In this document: positions 1 through 8,306 of the stretch, piece after piece
How the letters are laid out: each line of letters begins with the position of its first letter
Position numbering within the stretch: the first letter of the stretch is position 1
From: a virus
Taxonomy: Duplodnaviria; Caudoviricetes
Direction: 5' to 3' (one strand)
Virus record (IMG/VR): IMGVR_UViG_3300032134_000002
Span: 1-61,321 of that record
Length of the DNA: 61,321 nt
Program-made: the position numbers and the translations under genes
Notes under the pieces: model-generated
Seen by the model: only the letters and a program-made list of their open reading frames with translations
Told to the model about the DNA's origin: nothing
Databases searched by the model: none

Positions 1-50
1 GCGCATCTCCTAAAGGCAACGCCGAACACGGTTAAGCCAAAAGGAATAGC

Positions 51-127
51 GGAGCGGTAGTTCAGCTGGTTAGAATACCGGCCTGTCACGCCGGGGGTCG
101 CGGGTTCAAATCCCGTCCGTTCCGCCA
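51..127 (+). tRNA. tRNA-Asp (GTC), host gene and prophage integration target
   Basis: GGAGCGG/CCGTTCC acceptor stem, CTGTCAC anticodon loop, GGTTCAAATCC T-arm, encoded CCA. Confidence 0.97.
109..127 (+). repeat. attL core AATCCCGTCCGTTCCGCCA
   Basis: Exact copy at 61195-61213; equals the tRNA-Asp 3' end. Confidence 0.95.
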
Positions 128-145
128 CTAATTTTTCTCCATAGA

Positions 146-216
146 TATCAGTGGTTTATAGCTGGTAAGAGGGCCAAAGACGCAATTTCGGACGCACTGA
201 AACGTAAGAAAATGCA
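146..216. promoter_or_regulatory. Left att arm: IHF-like site and putative integrase arm-type sites
   Basis: TATCAGTGGTTTA (146-158) is one mismatch from WATCAANNNNTTR; AAGACGCAAT (177) and CGGACGCACT (189) are 12 bp apart, then GTAAGAAAATGCA; matching motifs occur at 61042-61074. Confidence 0.65.
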
Positions 217-238
217 GGCCTATATCTAAGGAGAGCAC

Positions 239-1435
239 ATGGCTACATGCACTACCATCAAAGATAAAGCGACCGGGAAAGTAATTTCCTACCGTTTTCA
301 AATCCGCAGGAAGGGCTATCGGCCCGTCAGCAAGAAATTCGATACCAAAGCTAAAGGCCAACGCTGGGCCAAAAAGACTGAGTCCGATATGGATTCAGGC
401 AACTGGCAAGGCACAGCGCACAGCGCGCGCTGGACATTGGGCGCTGTCATAGGTGCTTACCTAAAAGAAGTCCACCCTATCAAGCCGTTTGGCAAAACCA
501 AAAAGAACGCTTTACTGCGCATCCAAAAATTACCTATAGCTGATGTGCGTATTTCAGACCTTACTGGCCAGCACTTCTTTGAGTTCGCGAAGCACCGTCG
601 TTTGACCGTGAAAGGTAAATCTGTGACTGACGACATTGGCTACATGAGCAAAGCGCTGGTGTTCGGCCGCGCAATTAAACTGATCCCCAATGCCGACAGA
701 GCTCTTAAAGATGTGCGCCCAGTTCTAGGCGATTACGATTTAATCGCAGCAAGTGAGGAACGTGACCGAAGGCTAGTGCCAGGCGAATTCGAGGCTCTGA
801 TGTCTGTCCCCCACACAAATTACAATGGCGCGACACGAAATGACAAGCACAAAACTCGGTTGCGCATGAAGTACATCATCCCAATCGCTTTAGAAACCAC
901 GATGCGTGAAGCAGAGATTGCACGCATGATGTTATCGGATGCAGATTTGGGTGCGGGAGAGCTGATGATCTATAAGCGTAAGCACCCTACAAAAAAAGAC
1001 ACTAACGATCAGCGTATCCCATTAACGGAAGAGGCGGTTAAGGTATTGCGAGAGTATCTGGCCTTGGGCATCCACACTGTGGGCAAACCCATATTCTGGC
1101 CAGTGAGCGCAAGTAACATATCTGATATGTTCGCGACGATGTGTAAAGTGTGTGGGATCAATGAAGCAGGCAGTAGCACACGGTCTAACTACGACAACTT
1201 GGTGTTCCATGACCTAAGACATGAGGCGATTACGCGGTTGTTTGCAGAAGGGTATAGAGCGGAGGAGGTGATGTTGTTCTCAGGGCACACCGACATGAAG
1301 TCGTTGTTGCGCTATGTGAACCTCACGCCGGCCGATGTCCTACGCGCCAAAGAGATACGACGCGTGATCATGGAACATCGACTTGACGAGGTTCAGTTTA
1401 ACTCTGCAATCTCAGCAGCGGACGCTGTGCATTGA
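239..1435 (+). CDS. int: Tyrosine recombinase (phage integrase)
   Basis: TTMREAEI, FHDLRHEA, GH and RY catalytic motifs; adjacent to attL. Confidence 0.95.
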   Translation: MATCTTIKDKATGKVISYRFQIRRKGYRPVSKKFDTKAKGQRWAKKTESDMDSGNWQGTAHSARWTLGAVIGAYLKEVHPIKPFGKTKKNALLRIQKLPIADVRISDLTGQHFFEFAKHRRLTVKGKSVTDDIGYMSKALVFGRAIKLIPNADRALKDVRPVLGDYDLIAASEERDRRLVPGEFEALMSVPHTNYNGATRNDKHKTRLRMKYIIPIALETTMREAEIARMMLSDADLGAGELMIYKRKHPTKKDTNDQRIPLTEEAVKVLREYLALGIHTVGKPIFWPVSASNISDMFATMCKVCGINEAGSSTRSNYDNLVFHDLRHEAITRLFAEGYRAEEVMLFSGHTDMKSLLRYVNLTPADVLRAKEIRRVIMEHRLDEVQFNSAISAADAVH

Positions 1436-1635
1436 GCGTCGACGTATGCCGCTAGGTCCGACAGGCGAACCATACGCTTTTTGCCTAGCGTGAACGTGGG
1501 CACTTCAAAACGCCCACTGTAAATGCTCTGCTGTAACGTGCGTTTAGGGATCTGTAATAGTTCACTAACTTCGTCCAGGCCAATGAACGGCTTCTTGAAC
1601 ATCGTTGTCAGATCAGTGAGTAGGGTCTGTTTCAT
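1393..1635 (-). CDS. Small winged-HTH protein, PrtN/excisionase-like
   Basis: IGLDEVSELLQIPKRTL...VRLSDLAAYVD; convergent with and overlapping int; start chosen at internal ATG. Confidence 0.7.
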   Translation of the reverse strand: MKQTLLTDLTTMFKKPFIGLDEVSELLQIPKRTLQQSIYSGRFEVPTFTLGKKRMVRLSDLAAYVDAQCTASAAEIAELN

Positions 1636-1843
1636 AGGATTCAACCAATTTGTTGACATACCATTGTGCCTTCTTGACATCTTCATGGCTGTCCCACTTC
1701 TCTCTCCATAGGTATTTAATTGCGGTCGCTCTGCAATGGGCTCGGAATCCTTCCGGCCCTAACGCAGCTCGTATGGCGTCAATACATTCAATCCCAGTAT
1801 CCGATTGATAATGCTCTGGCTTGTCTACCATGTCTTCTTTCAT
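1613..1843 (-). CDS. DUF3310 (T7 gp1.7/SaV-like) protein
   Basis: DMVDKPEHY..IECIDAI..AIKYLWR..EDVKKAQWY signature. Confidence 0.85.
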   Translation of the reverse strand: MKEDMVDKPEHYQSDTGIECIDAIRAALGPEGFRAHCRATAIKYLWREKWDSHEDVKKAQWYVNKLVESYETDPTH

Positions 1844-1846
1844 ATT

Positions 1847-1861
1847 ATTAGCTCTGCTTAT
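1847..1861. promoter_or_regulatory. Palindromic operator copy ATTAGCTCTGCTTAT
   Basis: Matches ATWAGC-N3-GCTWAT; directly upstream of the DUF3310 start. Confidence 0.75.
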
Positions 1862-1880
1862 ATGGGTACGCAAAAAAAAG

Positions 1881-2117
1881 CTATTCGGATGGTGGGCCAG
1901 TGTGCCGATTGTCTTGGTAGTCGCAGCCGAATGACATCGTGTACGAGCCGAACCATTGTGCAAACCGCCAGTAGAATTTTGGCGTTTGATCAGGACAGCA
2001 ATCTGTGAAAACGATCCACCAAAAATAGGGCTCGCGCATCCACGCCATCATCTTCATCCGCACCGATGACGATCGATCGTGTATTGTTTGTTGTGAATGT
2101 AGGTATAGCTGTTGCAT
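1881..2117 (-). CDS. Hypothetical protein
   Basis: Fills the gap downstream of the repressor with a GGGG SD-like run; no recognisable motif. Confidence 0.4.
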   Translation of the reverse strand: MQQLYLHSQQTIHDRSSSVRMKMMAWMREPYFWWIVFTDCCPDQTPKFYWRFAQWFGSYTMSFGCDYQDNRHTGPPSE

Positions 2118-2128
2118 ATACTTACCCC

Positions 2129-2833
2129 TTAAAATTGAACGCCTTTGACCACACCCATCACGGTGATCTCCGGGTCGTTTAATAAAACTACTGTAGAAAT
2201 ACCTACTTGCGTGGGGTGATGGGTGCTAACCTCATCCCCATTGATACTGTTAATTACACGGACAATACATGGCCCTTTTCCATAACGGATAAGTACCTGA
2301 TTGCCGACCTCCCAACTAGTGAGAGGGTCGATGATTGCGTACTCGCCATTGTTGTAGCGAGGTGCGTATTCATCAGTATCAATCTCGACCGCAAAGGCCT
2401 CTGAGATTGTGTGCGTCATAATTTTTGTTACCTTTCCTGATACAGGTTTCCCCGATAGGGTGAAAGAAACTGGAATTTCAACACTCGTTGTAGGGCTTAC
2501 GGCATGGAGCATACTATACTCACCAAGGCCCTTTACCAAAACAGGAAGTTCGCAACGTAACATAGATGCTACGCCCAGTACCATCAATGGATTGACGGAT
2601 ACTGCGCCCCGTAACATCTGACTGAACATGGGTTGAGTTACCCCCAGTCGAGTCGCTGCTTGTTGCTGCGTTAAGTCCATTCCAGACTTATTGTTATGTG
2701 CTTTCCATGCATTCGTGATACGCCGTGACATTTCTAGTGAGTCACGGGATATGCTCCGCTTGGGAGGGGTTATTGCACCGGTTGCGGATAGGCTAGGCCT
2801 AATTGCCGCCTTTATTTTTTTGGTTACAGTCAT
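2129..2833 (-). CDS. CI/LexA-like repressor (XRE HTH plus degenerate S24 domain)
   Basis: LTQQQAATRLGVTQPMFSQMLRG HTH; C-terminal FAVEIDTDEYAPRYNNGEYAIIDP aligns by eye to S24. Confidence 0.8.
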   Translation of the reverse strand: MTVTKKIKAAIRPSLSATGAITPPKRSISRDSLEMSRRITNAWKAHNNKSGMDLTQQQAATRLGVTQPMFSQMLRGAVSVNPLMVLGVASMLRCELPVLVKGLGEYSMLHAVSPTTSVEIPVSFTLSGKPVSGKVTKIMTHTISEAFAVEIDTDEYAPRYNNGEYAIIDPLTSWEVGNQVLIRYGKGPCIVRVINSINGDEVSTHHPTQVGISTVVLLNDPEITVMGVVKGVQF

Positions 2834-3233
2834 CTGGTTCCTTCTCCATACAGATTTGCGTGAGCCAGTTTGCTATCTCTCTTGCGGAGATTAACGCTGG
2901 CAGTTCTTTGAGGCCGTATCCTTGCAGCCATTGATCCTTCTCAGTGAGAAGTATCCCCCCTTCTGGGCACCCTATAATACAAGCACAGCTTATTGAATGT
3001 CCAGACATTTTTATTAGCCATGCTAATTGTTGTGCAGAGAGGTTTGGTTTTATAAGTGTTGTGTCACGTTTTGGTAGTGCCTTGATCCACTTATACTCCA
3101 CCCAGATGTTGCCTGAAGGCCCTGCGTACCAGCAGTCGGGCACACCACCTGCGTAGTTATCGTGGATTTTCCATTTGTGCATGTCTGCGGGTAAATGGCG
3201 GTGGACGGAGCGGATGTATCCATGCTCGTTCAA
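2799..3233 (-). CDS. PD-(D/E)XK nuclease, VRR-NUC/Holliday-junction-resolvase-like
   Basis: GGVPDC...WVEYK...LSAQQLAWL; TTG start. Confidence 0.8.
   Translation of the reverse strand: MNEHGYIRSVHRHLPADMHKWKIHDNYAGGVPDCWYAGPSGNIWVEYKWIKALPKRDTTLIKPNLSAQQLAWLIKMSGHSISCACIIGCPEGGILLTEKDQWLQGYGLKELPALISAREIANWLTQICMEKEPDDCNQKNKGGN
2974..3003 (-). promoter_or_regulatory. Candidate repressor promoter with operator in spacer
   Basis: Minus strand TGGACA-N18-TATTAT; ACAAGCACAGCTTAT (2979-2993) is one mismatch from the operator consensus. Confidence 0.5.
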
Positions 3234-3270
3234 AAGGGTAGGGCCTCTTCACAAGGGCTCCATCCGCCAT

Positions 3271-3299
3271 AAAAAGGGCACCGCTTCCGTACAGCGCCC
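3271..3299 (-). terminator. Intrinsic terminator after SSB-like gene
   Basis: GGGCGCTGT-ACGGAA-GCGGTGCCC hairpin followed by TTTTT. Confidence 0.65.
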
Positions 3300-3311
3300 G
3301 TTGGTCAGTGG

Positions 3312-4034
3312 CTAGGCCGCTTTTTCTGCAACGTTACCTGACAGATGCGCGTAGGCCTCTTGTGCCTTCGTGTGTAGCTCTGGCGACGCCCAGCCCTTAC
3401 GAACGATCTGATAGTTGAGGTAGCTCTTGCCGTTCTTCTTGTTTTCTTCAAGAATGCCCGACACGCTCCATACGGCGGAGAACCGATCACCACCAGCAGC
3501 GGCAATTTGGTTGTTCCAACGGTTGGATACCTTAGCTTTGGTGCGAGGGAACTTCATAATCGCGCCGTTAGCCTTACCCGTTTCAAGATCAAGCACGAGC
3601 ACATAATGGCGTGGGCAATCATTGACATCGTAATTATCAATGTCTTCAAACTCCATGGACTTGATTGCGTCTTCAAGTGCTTCACGCGTTTCAAATTCCT
3701 TGGTGTTCGTCGGCATGTCGACAAATGGGTAGTTGGTGTTTTTGTTCCACGCCATCCAGAAATTGTCGTAGTACACATTGACAACGAGTGCTTCCTTCAT
3801 GATTTCGCGGGTTTGGTCGTTGAACATCATGCCAGGCTTAGCGCCTTCGATGAATTTCGCATTTGACTCATCCACTTCGTTGCTGATCTTCTGCAACAAT
3901 TTGATTTCAGGGATGTCATCGGTAGAAACCGTTACGTTTTCGTTGCCCAAGCCTGCGGCATTTGATACGTGGTCTGGAGTGTCATCAACTAGCATTAGGT
4001 TGTTGACTGGTTTTGTAACTTCTTTTTTAGCCAT
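3312..4034 (-). CDS. Putative phage ssDNA-binding/recombination protein
   Basis: GLGNENV..DDIPEIKLLQKIS..GAKPG pattern typical of proteins in polA/SNF2 phage replication modules. Confidence 0.55.
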   Translation of the reverse strand: MAKKEVTKPVNNLMLVDDTPDHVSNAAGLGNENVTVSTDDIPEIKLLQKISNEVDESNAKFIEGAKPGMMFNDQTREIMKEALVVNVYYDNFWMAWNKNTNYPFVDMPTNTKEFETREALEDAIKSMEFEDIDNYDVNDCPRHYVLVLDLETGKANGAIMKFPRTKAKVSNRWNNQIAAAGGDRFSAVWSVSGILEENKKNGKSYLNYQIVRKGWASPELHTKAQEAYAHLSGNVAEKAA

Positions 4035-4097
4035 GGGGAATATCCTCTATTTTTGGCACATTGGACGCTGGGCCCCTAATGGGGTAGCGATTAAATT

Positions 4098-4112
4098 ATA
4101 AGCTGTGCTTAT
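4098..4112. promoter_or_regulatory. Palindromic operator copy ATAAGCTGTGCTTAT
   Basis: Intergenic; a partial inverted copy (AAGCACAGC) follows at about 4125-4133. Confidence 0.8.
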
Positions 4113-4139
4113 ATATATGTATACAAGCACAGCCGCTTT

Positions 4140-4514
4140 TTATAGGGCACGTAGGTTTAGCTTACGGTCCTTATAAATTTCAACACCTGGAACTTCATGC
4201 CCCAAGTTTAGTAATTCACGAAATGCCGCCGCACTCATGCGCTTTTGCAAGAGGTAAAAGGCGTTTTCGTTTTTAATGTAGTCGTAGACAGCATCCCAGT
4301 CCTTCACAGTAGGGACATCTTGTTCAGAGATTGATACGTTGGCGCTTAAACCGCCGATGCGCTTGGCACCTTGTTCATCCATCTGCACGATGATCTGGCT
4401 AGACAGTTCTTTGAAGTCCTCTTTAAGGGCGTTGATCTTACGTTCATCACCTCGAATCACTTCACGTAGTTGGTGTGCCTGTTCAATCAGGTCACCTAGG
4501 TTGATTTTAGACAT
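4140..4514 (-). CDS. Phage replication-module protein (coiled coil plus VKDWD..LLQKR motif)
   Basis: Good SD (AAGGAG); position in the replication cluster. Confidence 0.7.
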   Translation of the reverse strand: MSKINLGDLIEQAHQLREVIRGDERKINALKEDFKELSSQIIVQMDEQGAKRIGGLSANVSISEQDVPTVKDWDAVYDYIKNENAFYLLQKRMSAAAFRELLNLGHEVPGVEIYKDRKLNLRAL

Positions 4515-4544
4515 TGTCGTTCTCCTTGGTTTATGTTTTGTTGA

Positions 4545-4865
4545 TTAGTCATCGTAATAATCAAAAGGCTCCATTAAAAATTCTTCTGTGTAAAAAGTAT
4601 CACCATCGTGATGTTCTTTAGTGGCGATGTAGCCAAACACGTTAAGGTGCATACCTGACGGGCCGTATACTATAAAGTTTAGTCGCCTTCCATCTTCTTG
4701 GACGATCTCTTCGTCACCGTCTGCTACTGACCAGATTTGCGACTCGACGTACCCGAGCTTTCTTAGCTCATGAGGGCTATGTGCGTAATCACCATCGTAA
4801 TCACCATTTTTAGACAGGCGTGACACCTCTTCAAACGGGAAGTCTGCTTCGTGAATTGTTGTCAT
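4545..4865 (-). CDS. Hypothetical acidic protein
   Basis: AAGGAGG SD; overlapping junction with upstream gene. Confidence 0.7.
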   Translation of the reverse strand: MTTIHEADFPFEEVSRLSKNGDYDGDYAHSPHELRKLGYVESQIWSVADGDEEIVQEDGRRLNFIVYGPSGMHLNVFGYIATKEHHDGDTFYTEEFLMEPFDYYDD

Positions 4866-5092
4866 AAGTCCTCCTTAATTTCTTCGTAGCGCATATCAAC
4901 GTTGGTTTCGTTAAGTATTAACTCTATGATGTCGTCTGCTGCTTGGGCATCAACTAACAACAGATCCGTACTAGTAGAGCCGTTGTTAATGTCTTCAGCT
5001 GCGCTTAACTCAGCAGCCGTGCAGTCGTAACCATTGATGCCCGGCTGATACTCGGTCACCATATCCGGATTCCAAAACTTAAATGTTTTCAT
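4862..5092 (-). CDS. Hypothetical acidic protein
   Basis: AAGGAGG SD. Confidence 0.7.
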   Translation of the reverse strand: MKTFKFWNPDMVTEYQPGINGYDCTAAELSAAEDINNGSTSTDLLLVDAQAADDIIELILNETNVDMRYEEIKEDL

Positions 5093-5101
5093 AAGTCCTC
5101 C

Positions 5102-6472
5102 TTATGCAGCTTTCGTGATCTGGTTGAATAGGGACAACAAGTCATTCATGTGCGCCATCTTCTCGCCCAGTCGTTCATACACTTTGGTTTCGTGTGTATC
5201 ACGCGCTGCAATCATAATTGTTTCTGTTTTCTGCTTCTGACCCGCGCGGTAGATACGGCGGTTCATCTGCTGGAAATGCTCGGCATTGTACGACGGGCTA
5301 CACCAGATGGTCGTTGTGCCCTTGGTCAATGTCAGTCCATGACCAGCGGCCTGTGGGTGACAGAAGATGACCTGCAATTTACCTGCCTGATAATCGCGAA
5401 CGATCTCAGTACGTTTCCCAACGGGCACTGTGCCGTCGATAAAGTCATAGTCGATCTTCATCTTATCGGCCAGCTTACATAGTGCCTCGCGCTCATGACG
5501 CCAGTTAAATGCCACGACACTGTGCTTGCGCGCAGCGACCAGCTCCATAACGAGGTCATAGCGTTGAGTGTGGAACACTTTACTGATACCTTCCTCGTTG
5601 TAGATGGCCCCTGTGCAAAGTTGCAGTAGCTTCTTTACCTTAGCGCCAGCATGAATTGCGTTGATCGTTTCACCGTCCTTGGTGTCGATCATCGAGTCCC
5701 ATGAAAAGTCCCGATATTGCTTCATCAACGCAGGGGGCAGGTCGATATACACAGTGTGTTCCGTGTTTTCGGGGACATCGATACAGTCCTCGAAACGGTA
5801 CCGTATAGAAATGTCTTTGAGCATCCCTGCAACCGCATCTTCAGCTCCTGGCTTATCCCGCCATTGAACCATTCGTGGGTCAGGACCGACCTGTTGCGGT
5901 GAGCACACTTGGCTTCTAAAACCCCAGAAGCTCTTGCCTAACCGTTCACCGTCATCAACCAGTTTTGCCGGGTGCCACATGTCCAAAATGGTATTGGCAT
6001 TGGGCGTACCTGACATGATGATGCGGTGTTCAAAATGCGACATGAGTGCAGCCACTGCTTTTGAGCGTTGGCTGCTGGGGTTTTTGAAGGCCGTGAATTC
6101 ATCGATGCAGATCCATGTGAACCCTTTGAGGGCGTCTGGGTTGTTGATCAACCACTTCACAGCATCGTGATTGGTAATGGTGATGTCCACGTCTTCGCTG
6201 AACATTTGAGCTCGGTTCTTAGCGTACGCAACCGCGTACTTGAGCTCTGGGTTAAAGTTGTCGATGTCATCGCCCCAACTGGGCTGGAGGATAGACAACG
6301 GCGCGATGACCAGCATCTTGCCGTCCTTCTTCTCAGTGTAGGCTTGGAGTACTGATCTCGTTTTCCCCGTGCCGGGGTCCGATGTCACGATGACGCGACT
6401 GTTATCGGCGATGAAATCAGCGGTGACTCGCTGGTGGTCATATAAATCCGGTGTGTCCTTAAAGAACTCCAT
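5102..6472 (-). CDS. SNF2-family helicase
   Basis: DPGTGKT, IDEFT, MSGTP, AGHGLTL and QMNRRIYRAGQ motifs. Confidence 0.92.
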   Translation of the reverse strand: MEFFKDTPDLYDHQRVTADFIADNSRVIVTSDPGTGKTRSVLQAYTEKKDGKMLVIAPLSILQPSWGDDIDNFNPELKYAVAYAKNRAQMFSEDVDITITNHDAVKWLINNPDALKGFTWICIDEFTAFKNPSSQRSKAVAALMSHFEHRIIMSGTPNANTILDMWHPAKLVDDGERLGKSFWGFRSQVCSPQQVGPDPRMVQWRDKPGAEDAVAGMLKDISIRYRFEDCIDVPENTEHTVYIDLPPALMKQYRDFSWDSMIDTKDGETINAIHAGAKVKKLLQLCTGAIYNEEGISKVFHTQRYDLVMELVAARKHSVVAFNWRHEREALCKLADKMKIDYDFIDGTVPVGKRTEIVRDYQAGKLQVIFCHPQAAGHGLTLTKGTTTIWCSPSYNAEHFQQMNRRIYRAGQKQKTETIMIAARDTHETKVYERLGEKMAHMNDLLSLFNQITKAA

Positions 6473-6480
6473 AGTTCCTC

Positions 6481-6786
6481 CTAGCGAGCAGCTACCCAAG
6501 CCAAACTTGGGCGACGCAACTTTATGTTGTTAATTGCGAAAGGGACCCAACGGCATGTGAGCTTTTCGTAGCCCACGAGCTTCTTAGCAATGATTAGAAC
6601 AACACTGATGAATAAACCACCAATGATGCCCGCCATCATGCCGCTGTAAGTCCCAGCGAATATATACATGAGTCCAATAGTGGCCACGATGTCGATGAGG
6701 ACGTCGTAGCCGAGGACCCGTTTAAAGCCGACCTTATACAGCAGGAATATAATTCCCAGTGCGGTCAGCAAACCGGCGCTTAACAT
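6481..6786 (-). CDS. Small multi-pass membrane protein
   Basis: About three hydrophobic segments; GGAGG SD. Confidence 0.75.
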   Translation of the reverse strand: MLSAGLLTALGIIFLLYKVGFKRVLGYDVLIDIVATIGLMYIFAGTYSGMMAGIIGGLFISVVLIIAKKLVGYEKLTCRWVPFAINNIKLRRPSLAWVAAR

Positions 6787-6892
6787 CTTGATACCTCCCG
6801 ATTAAATATTGGACACAGTCCATGGCTAGCGTGAAAATATCGTAGGCATACGCTGCCCAGATAAGCATATTAATTAGTGCGGTTCTCAACAT
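6734..6892 (-). CDS. Small hypothetical protein
   Basis: GGAGG SD before ATG 6892. Confidence 0.45.
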   Translation of the reverse strand: MLRTALINMLIWAAYAYDIFTLAMDCVQYLIGRYQDVKRRFADRTGNYIPAV

Positions 6893-7076
6893 GATTGGAG
6901 ACCTCCCATACAAGTTTGACGAGTAGCGCAGCAATCATCAGCACCATAACGATGGTGGCGACGTAGCTTAATGCGCTGGTGAGTAGTGACAATGCCACTG
7001 CGAGCGTTGCACCAATCGCCGTATACTTGAGGTAACGATCCTTGGACAATGCTCGAAAAATTGAAAAGGTCTTCAT
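6870..7076 (-). CDS. Small membrane protein
   Basis: GGAGG SD before ATG 7076; long hydrophobic stretch. Confidence 0.7.
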   Translation of the reverse strand: MKTFSIFRALSKDRYLKYTAIGATLAVALSLLTSALSYVATIVMVLMIAALLVKLVWEVSNHVENRTN

Positions 7077-7101
7077 AGAGCCTCCATGTAAGTGAGAGTG
7101 A

Positions 7102-7196
7102 GTTAAAGAGTGCGGGGTCACCGAGTAGATTTCACACACTACAAAAGGAGTCTCGGCCCCCGCTGCGGGTGTTATTCGCCCCACCGCCCGCTGGGG
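7102..7196 (-). ncRNA. Candidate structured cis-regulatory RNA
   Basis: Nested GC-rich stems, a possible pseudoknot and a boxA-like ACTCTTTAAC in an intergenic gap. Confidence 0.4.
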
Positions 7197-7206
7197 TAAT
7201 TCTTTT

Positions 7207-7296
7207 TTACGTGCCCCAAACCATTTGGTTAGCGGCAGCTAATATAAAAATGTTACCTAGGATGGCAACAGCTATACCCATTAAAATATCTAACAT
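7207..7296 (-). CDS. 29-aa hydrophobic peptide
   Basis: MLDILMGIAVAILGNIFILAAANQMVWGT with AAGGTG SD; below ORF-track cutoff. Confidence 0.5.
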   Translation of the reverse strand: MLDILMGIAVAILGNIFILAAANQMVWGT

Positions 7297-7336
7297 GTTA
7301 TTCACCTTTATCTGTCCTCAACTTCATGGTGGTTTT

Positions 7337-8092
7337 TTAATCAATGACGCCCCATTCGCAGGCACCGCTTTTTGCGTAGTGGCACCATCTACAGTTGTGG
7401 CGAGAGGGTTTAGGTTCAAATTCCTTGCAGGTGGTCATCTTCACAGCACGGGCGTGAATGCCCGGTTGAAACATGAGCGCTTGTTCGCGGGTGTAGGATT
7501 GGATCGTGGGGCCGTGGTTCTGGTCTAAGTACCACAGCTCTGTCTCGATGTACTCCAACTTTGGAAAGCGCATGAAACAGGCGACGGCATAGACCATCAG
7601 TTGCGCGCCGTGCTTTAGCTCATTGTTCCACTTCTTACCTGTTTTGTGGTCAATGGCGCGTCCTGATGTCTCGCTCTCTTGAACGAAGGCATCCAGTTTG
7701 ATCCGTGCCCAGGTATCAGGCACAGCCCATCCAGTTGGCTCCCAGGCTTGCGTGAAGGCCCAGTCACCCTCGACTTCGACTTTACCGTCCTCGTAGTCCT
7801 GACGTAGCAGTTTGAAACTCTCAGTGTACTTGTTCAGTTCCTCCGGCAGTTCACCGATGAAACCTTGGACATAGTCCTCGGCTAGGGTGTGGATTGCAGT
7901 GCCTCGTTCAGCAGCTGCGCCAGAGGGCTCTTGGATTTTCTCCACCTTGTTGAGGTAGATGCGGTAAGGGCACTCTTCAAACTTTGTCAGTGTTGAGAAT
8001 GACCAGGCCTTTACTGGGCCCAGCTCTAGCTCGGCGTTAGCGATCTCATCGATCTTGTCTTGGTCAGGTCTGTCACTTGCGAAAAAATCCAT
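7337..8092 (-). CDS. Cas4/RecB-like PD-(D/E)XK exonuclease with Fe-S cysteines
   Basis: WSFS..ECPY, RGTAIH, KLDA, IDHKTGK, QLMVYA and CRWC..C motifs. Confidence 0.88.
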   Translation of the reverse strand: MDFFASDRPDQDKIDEIANAELELGPVKAWSFSTLTKFEECPYRIYLNKVEKIQEPSGAAAERGTAIHTLAEDYVQGFIGELPEELNKYTESFKLLRQDYEDGKVEVEGDWAFTQAWEPTGWAVPDTWARIKLDAFVQESETSGRAIDHKTGKKWNNELKHGAQLMVYAVACFMRFPKLEYIETELWYLDQNHGPTIQSYTREQALMFQPGIHARAVKMTTCKEFEPKPSRHNCRWCHYAKSGACEWGVID

Positions 8093-8093
8093 A

Positions 8094-8306
8094 TCAGTGC
8101 TCCGTAGGTTGTGTGTCAAATGTGATGAGGACGTCGATAACCCCCTCCCTAAAACGGGTGAGGTCTTTTTCCTCGTCACATAACTTGGTTAGCTGAGTCA
8201 ATATGGAGTCCATTAACATGTGGTAGATCTCCACATCGGGATGCGACATATCACATGTCAGCATGAACTCAGCAGGGGTTAATGTAGTGGTGAACTCTTG
8301 CTGCAT
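8094..8306 (-). CDS. Hypothetical protein
   Basis: AAGGAGGT SD. Confidence 0.65.
   Translation of the reverse strand: MQQEFTTTLTPAEFMLTCDMSHPDVEIYHMLMDSILTQLTKLCDEEKDLTRFREGVIDVLITFDTQPTEH

Noticed and set aside
7165-7209. AAAAAAG slippery heptamer followed by a pseudoknot, as a -1 frameshift signal
   Set aside because: The frame that would present A-AAA-AAG has a stop a few codons upstream, and the 29-aa ORF terminates at the start of the run, so no ribosome is expected in the right frame
7228-7243. GTTAGC-GGCA-GCTAAT as an operator
   Set aside because: It has a 4-bp spacer plus a mismatch and lies inside a small ORF; not counted
7337-8092. Cas4-like gene as evidence for CRISPR-Cas
   Set aside because: No cas1/cas2 and no repeat-spacer array; solo Cas4-like nucleases are normal in phage replication modules
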